From Calcarisporiella thermophila CBS 279.70 (taxonomy: Eukaryota; Fungi; Calcarisporiellomycota): a DNA stretch of 50,816 bases. The stretch is from the NCBI RefSeq assembly GCF_041956535.1, contig NW_027192220.1, positions 133,037-183,852 of the forward strand, given 5' to 3'. The position numbers and the translations under genes were made by a program. Shown here in pieces: positions 46,416 through 50,816 of this stretch (position 1 is its first letter; each line of letters begins with the position of its first letter). The notes below the pieces were generated by a model. The model was not told the DNA's origin and did not search any database. It saw only the letters and a list, made by a program, of their open reading frames with translations.

Positions 46416-49400
46416 CACAGCTCCTTCAGCAACCATCGACACAACAGCAACTCCAAAATTTAGTCGCTGCGTTGGTACAACAGCAACAACAGCAACAACA
46501 ACAACCTCCTGCACAACCGCAGCAACAGCCTCAACCGCAAGCAGGGATGCAGCGGCCGCCGAATGCTGCAGGGCAGGCAGCTGGTCAATCCAACATGCAG
46601 GCTGGCATTCCTCCCGCCTTTCAACAGGCGCTACTAGCAAATATGTTCCAGGCACGGCCCGCCGGTCAGGCAGGGGCACCCACGCCACAACAGCTGCAGC
46701 AGCTTACCCCTGAGCAATTGGCCCTTTTCCGACGTGTCCAAATGGCTCAGGCTCAGCAGCGCCCAGATCAACAGCAGCAACAACGTCCACCCCAGCAACC
46801 GCAACAGCCACAACAGCCTCAAATGATGGCACAACCTCAGGCACAGCCGCAAGCACAAGCTCAAGGGCAGCCTCAGAATCAGATGCTCATGCAAATTTTG
46901 GCCAATCTCTCCCCCCAGCAACAACAGGCACTTTTTCAAAAATTGCAGCAGCAACAACAGCAGCAACAACAGCAGCAGCAACAGCAGGCGCCTCAACCTC
47001 AGGATCAGCAACAGCAACAGCAACAGCAGAATGCTGGGTGGAATCTCGATGCGTTGCATTCGTCGTTAGCCGGTACAAATGCCAACCAACTTCTCTCTGG
47101 CTTACCGCAAGGCCTAATTGGCCCACAAGGAGGTGGTGACCAAAACGCACTATCCCTCTCCGGCGCAAATATACAGCAAGCCTTCCTTGTACAGGATCAA
47201 AATGCTGGTCAGAATGTGGCCGCGAAGCAGCATCCGATGCAACAACAAATGCCTCCACAACGCCTCGGATCTTCAACACCTCAATCTCAACAACAGCAAC
47301 TGCACCAGCAACTGCAAGCGGATGCCCAGCAGCAGCGGCGAATTGGCGCGAGCCAACAGCAACCCTCTCCACAACAATCCATTTCCCAAGCCCAAATTCC
47401 CCCACAATTAGGACAAATTGCAAGGGTAGGAGGTCAGCAGCCTCAAGCGCAATCTGTGCCTCAGCAGCCCCAGCAACAGCAGCAGCAGCAGCAGCAACAA
47501 CAACAGCAAGCTGGACAACCGTTGATGATGCCTTCATCACAGATGATGGCGGCAGGTGCACAGCAACGCATGATTTCACAAAACACAATGGCGAGCATTG
47601 AGAGAGACTATTTGGCTTCTAGAGGTAATTTTGGTTTATATTTTTCGGGTGGCTTGGAGCAGCCAACTAAATATACGGTGAAATCCCTAGTGAAAACGAA
47701 GCCAAGAGAAGGCCTTTCTGACGAAGAGAAGGCAAAGATTCGAAAGTTAATGGCAGATATGAGCCCACTTTACCACAATGTTGAGGTATCACTCCCGATA
47801 TTTGCACATGCTGCTAGTCGCGAAGTCCTCAAATATCTCATTATTATGGTAAGTAGATGGATTGTTCCTGTGGACAGATTTCTTTGTGGTTTCTCATCCT
47901 TCATTCTGCTTGCTTAGAAACACATGTACCAGGACCAGGTGGAAGCGTTTCAACGCGACGAATATCTTCTTACTGTCCAAAATGTGAATGGCCTTAAGGC
48001 ACAATTCGAGCGCTACATTACATGGGTCAAAAACCAAATGAACGCGATGCAAGGAGGTGGACAACCACAGCAAGCGCCTTCCCTCACCGGAGTGGGATCT
48101 CCTCAGCAGCTTCACCAGGGCTTACTCCAACAGTCACTTCCAACGGGGCAGCCACAATCGCAGCCGCAGCCCAATCTGGCAGCACAGCAGTCTCTTTTGC
48201 AATCCATGGCTGGTGGCCAGCTTTCACAGCAGCTACAACAACAGCAGCCACAGCAGCAGCACGAACCATTACCCGATGCTTCGCCTATAGTAGGGGCGAA
48301 GCGACAGCTGCAGGATAAAAAGTCACCCCCCAATAAGAAATTAAAGAAATCCATTAGTGGACCTGGTGGAATTCCGCCCAAAGAGGAAGAGGTGATCTCT
48401 ATAGCGGACTCTAGCCCTGTCGCGAGTGCGGCATTGCCCGTCGATGCACCTGGTGCTCAAATGATGGTGAGTGCTGGTGGGGGGATGGGGAATATCATGG
48501 CAGGATCGGCCGTCCCAGGTGTGCCTCCCGGTTCGCAAGTTCGCCCTCAAATGAGAGTGGGTGTTTTGTTTTAATTTTGTAAAAGATTTTTTGACATTTG
48601 AATTAATATTGATTTATTTTTTATCCTATAGCCGGGTACGCAGCCTGGGGGAATGCCGCAGCAGATGCAAGCACCTCCCAACGCTCAAAATACTCCTCCG
48701 TTTGCCGTGCAACAGGCAATCCAGCGACAATTGCAGACCAATCCACAATACCAAGGGCTGATCAAGAGCTTGCAACAGTGTCTAAAATTGAAGCAGGAGT
48801 TGCAGAATGGAGGGAATGCTTCTCAACCCAAGAACCACACCACTCTGCGCCTAGTGGAGAGCCAGATTGAACAAATTCAACAGCAGCTGCGGCTGATGCA
48901 CGCGCATGTGTTCCGTTTGATCGGATCTACCGCCAACCCGTCATTGGCGTCGGCGGGTGGGCAACTAATGCAACAGCAGGCTTCACTACCTGCGGCATCC
49001 ACCAGCACAGTAGGAGCTGTAGATCAGGCTGCCTTGGTTGCGGGACGAGCGCCTACACAGCAACTGCCCACTGCAAAGCCCGCCCAGTTACCAACTCAGC
49101 TACAAGTGCGACCCGGTATGCCGCGCCCACCTGCCGGCATGACCATTGGGCCCGGAGGAGCACCAATGACAAACGACGCAGCTCAAGCGATGCGAAATAT
49201 TCCCACTGGTGTTCAAGGAATCGCATCCCAGCAGAACCAGTCGATGCCGCACCAACCCCACGCTCAGGTTGCCGCGGGAGCTACACCGAATGCTTCGCAA
49301 GTTTCGGGCGCCGTTCAGAAACCATTGACTAAACCGGATGGACGAGAAGGCATGGGCGAGGAGGTGATGGCCTCGACTTCCGGGGCCACCGCTGTGTCAG

Positions 49401-49942
49401 CGACCACTGTGGCCGCAACTGCCGCCGGAATACCGGTGCCAGCCGGCCCTTCTGGAAGAAAATCCCTGCCTATTGAGCCGCCTGTATCCACCAATCCTAA
49501 GGATCGAATCCAGGAGCTGCTGCTCGACGTATGCAAGCTCAATGAGCAGGGAGAGCCGGTGCGGGCTGCTTCCGACTTCAGCACCGCGATGAAATTCGGG
49601 TTCTCCGCCCTCGATGCCCGTATCCACGGTTCTAGCTTGGTGGGGCTGGGCGAGGAGAGATGGATGCGTGGAGAGGACGCTTGGCTCACTGAGCCGGCCT
49701 CGACCATGGTGGAGAGTGGAGGTGGTGAGAATGGGGTGGGCGCTGTGTTCCCCTCCCCTCCAGAGGAGAAGAAAGAGGCCCCCGAGAACTCGATCGCTTT
49801 GAATGCCGAACCCAAGGCCGAGGGGGTGGAAGACGGGCTCAAGAACGAGTCGGAGAGTATTCCAACCCCACCCCTGGATCTGGCCATCGGAGATCCTTTC
49901 GATCTTTTTGATGGAGAGGCGGAGGAGCTCTGGATGGCATGA
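45818..49942 (+). CDS. MED15: Mediator subunit 15 (Gal11/Med15)-like, KIX domain plus poly-Q
   Basis: Spliced N-terminus MAQSIGGDWRANVPQEERNEVINKL|MKNLY...ASNIEEKSYYGSSSK|EEYLKR resembles the Med15 KIX domain; long Q-rich region and a folded middle segment (LSDEEKAKIRKLMADM...); 5 exons. Confidence 0.72.
46188..47510 (+). repeat. CAG/CAA trinucleotide (poly-Q) tracts within MED15
   Basis: Several runs of 8-15 Gln codons, e.g. 46328-46413, 46945-46987, 47471-47509. Confidence 0.95.
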
Positions 49943-50665
49943 TAGATCCTTGTTACACCCGGTTGCTTTGTTTTTCTTCTTGTCCCTCATTACCTGATAG
50001 TTCAAAACTCTATTTATCTGTTTTATTTTTATGATCTTTATTTTCAGTTATCTTTTTGTTTTTTTTTTCTTTTTCTCCCTTGCCTCTCTCTCTCCAGAGT
50101 GGCCACATCTTGTCATAATCCTCTATATTCTGTGCACACCTTTTTTCGAGTTCCGAAAGAGTTCTTTTTTTTTTTAATTTACTCCGCCGTTGCAGTTCTT
50201 TTTTTTTTTACCAATATTATGTTGTTATCCTTTTAAAATGTCACGCACCAAATTTTAGGATCCACTAACCAAGAGACCCGAGCCATAATGATGTCTAACT
50301 GTCCCCTCAGCTTCCCCCTCCCCCTCCCCCCCCCCAAAAAAAAATGTAAAAGCAACCTTCCAGCCAAAAATAATTTTTTTTGCTACGGTTTGGGAGTGAA
50401 TGAATTCAGAATACGGCTAGAGCTAGAGCCCATTCTAAGTAGCTGGTTCTCATCTTTCATTTTTCATTCTAGAGAAATACGGAGAAGATCTGGATGATTG
50501 TGAAATTTTCAGGCAAAATTATGGAGGAATTATCAGCCTTGATTGGTCAATAATTTTACTTATTTCTAATGATCCATAGCCAAAGTTTTAATCACTAGCT
50601 AATTAACCTATTTACTATGAGAATTTCAAACGTTGCTAACCCTTGGCAATAGGATTTAAGGTATC

Positions 50666-50720
50666 TCCGGAAAGTTTTGGGGGATCTTAATAACATTAAG
50701 ATCCCCCAAAACTTTCCGGA
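50666..50720. repeat. Perfect 26-bp inverted repeat with 3-nt spacer
   Basis: TCCGGAAAGTTTTGGGGGATCTTAAT-AAC-ATTAAGATCCCCCAAAACTTTCCGGA. Confidence 0.97.
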
Positions 50721-50816
50721 TGGATGCTAATGGAATATAATGCAATCATTTGTGCCATCGATTCACGCTAAATAGTTGGTAAGTAGCATTCACTACATTT
50801 CATGATAAATGCAGCG

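Noticed and set aside
46181-47588. Minus-strand poly-Leu and poly-Ala/Val ORFs
   Set aside because: Antisense shadows of the CAG/CAA tracts in MED15.
50636-50643. CTAACCCT as a telomerase template
   Set aside because: An 8-mer is expected by chance, and it is buried in a local stem.
1-50816. tRNA, rRNA, spliceosomal snRNA, CRISPR array, selenoprotein/readthrough
   Set aside because: No T-loop/cloverleaf, rRNA or snRNA signatures and no repeat-spacer array seen. In-frame stops were explained by introns, except in the pseudogene.

Overview
Intron-rich eukaryotic (fungal) genomic DNA with short introns (mostly ~55-120 nt, GT-AG). The gene content looks like an early-diverging, Mucoromycota-type fungus (inference). 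The left ~18.5 kb is AT-rich and accessory-like: a disrupted and an intact copy of a membrane-anchored beta-rich protein, an orphan membrane protein, a divergent class V myosin, a secreted M13 (neprilysin-like) peptidase and two tandem NmrA-like genes. From ~19 kb it is a compact block of mostly conserved genes: Zn2Cys6 factor, importin alpha, a disordered SxIP-motif protein, a PhnP-like metallo-beta-lactamase, calcipressin, ATP synthase epsilon (missed by the ORF track), AP-3 delta, a second M13 peptidase, a WD40 protein, a MetR/Cys-3-type bZIP and a poly-Q Med15. The least explained part is the ~4.8 kb gap between the bZIP and MED15. It holds a possible long-intron leader with a spliced uORF for the sulfur regulator, and a ~700-nt hairpin-dense, apparently non-coding segment followed by splice signals. 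A perfect 26-bp palindrome sits near the window end. All exon boundaries were read by eye.
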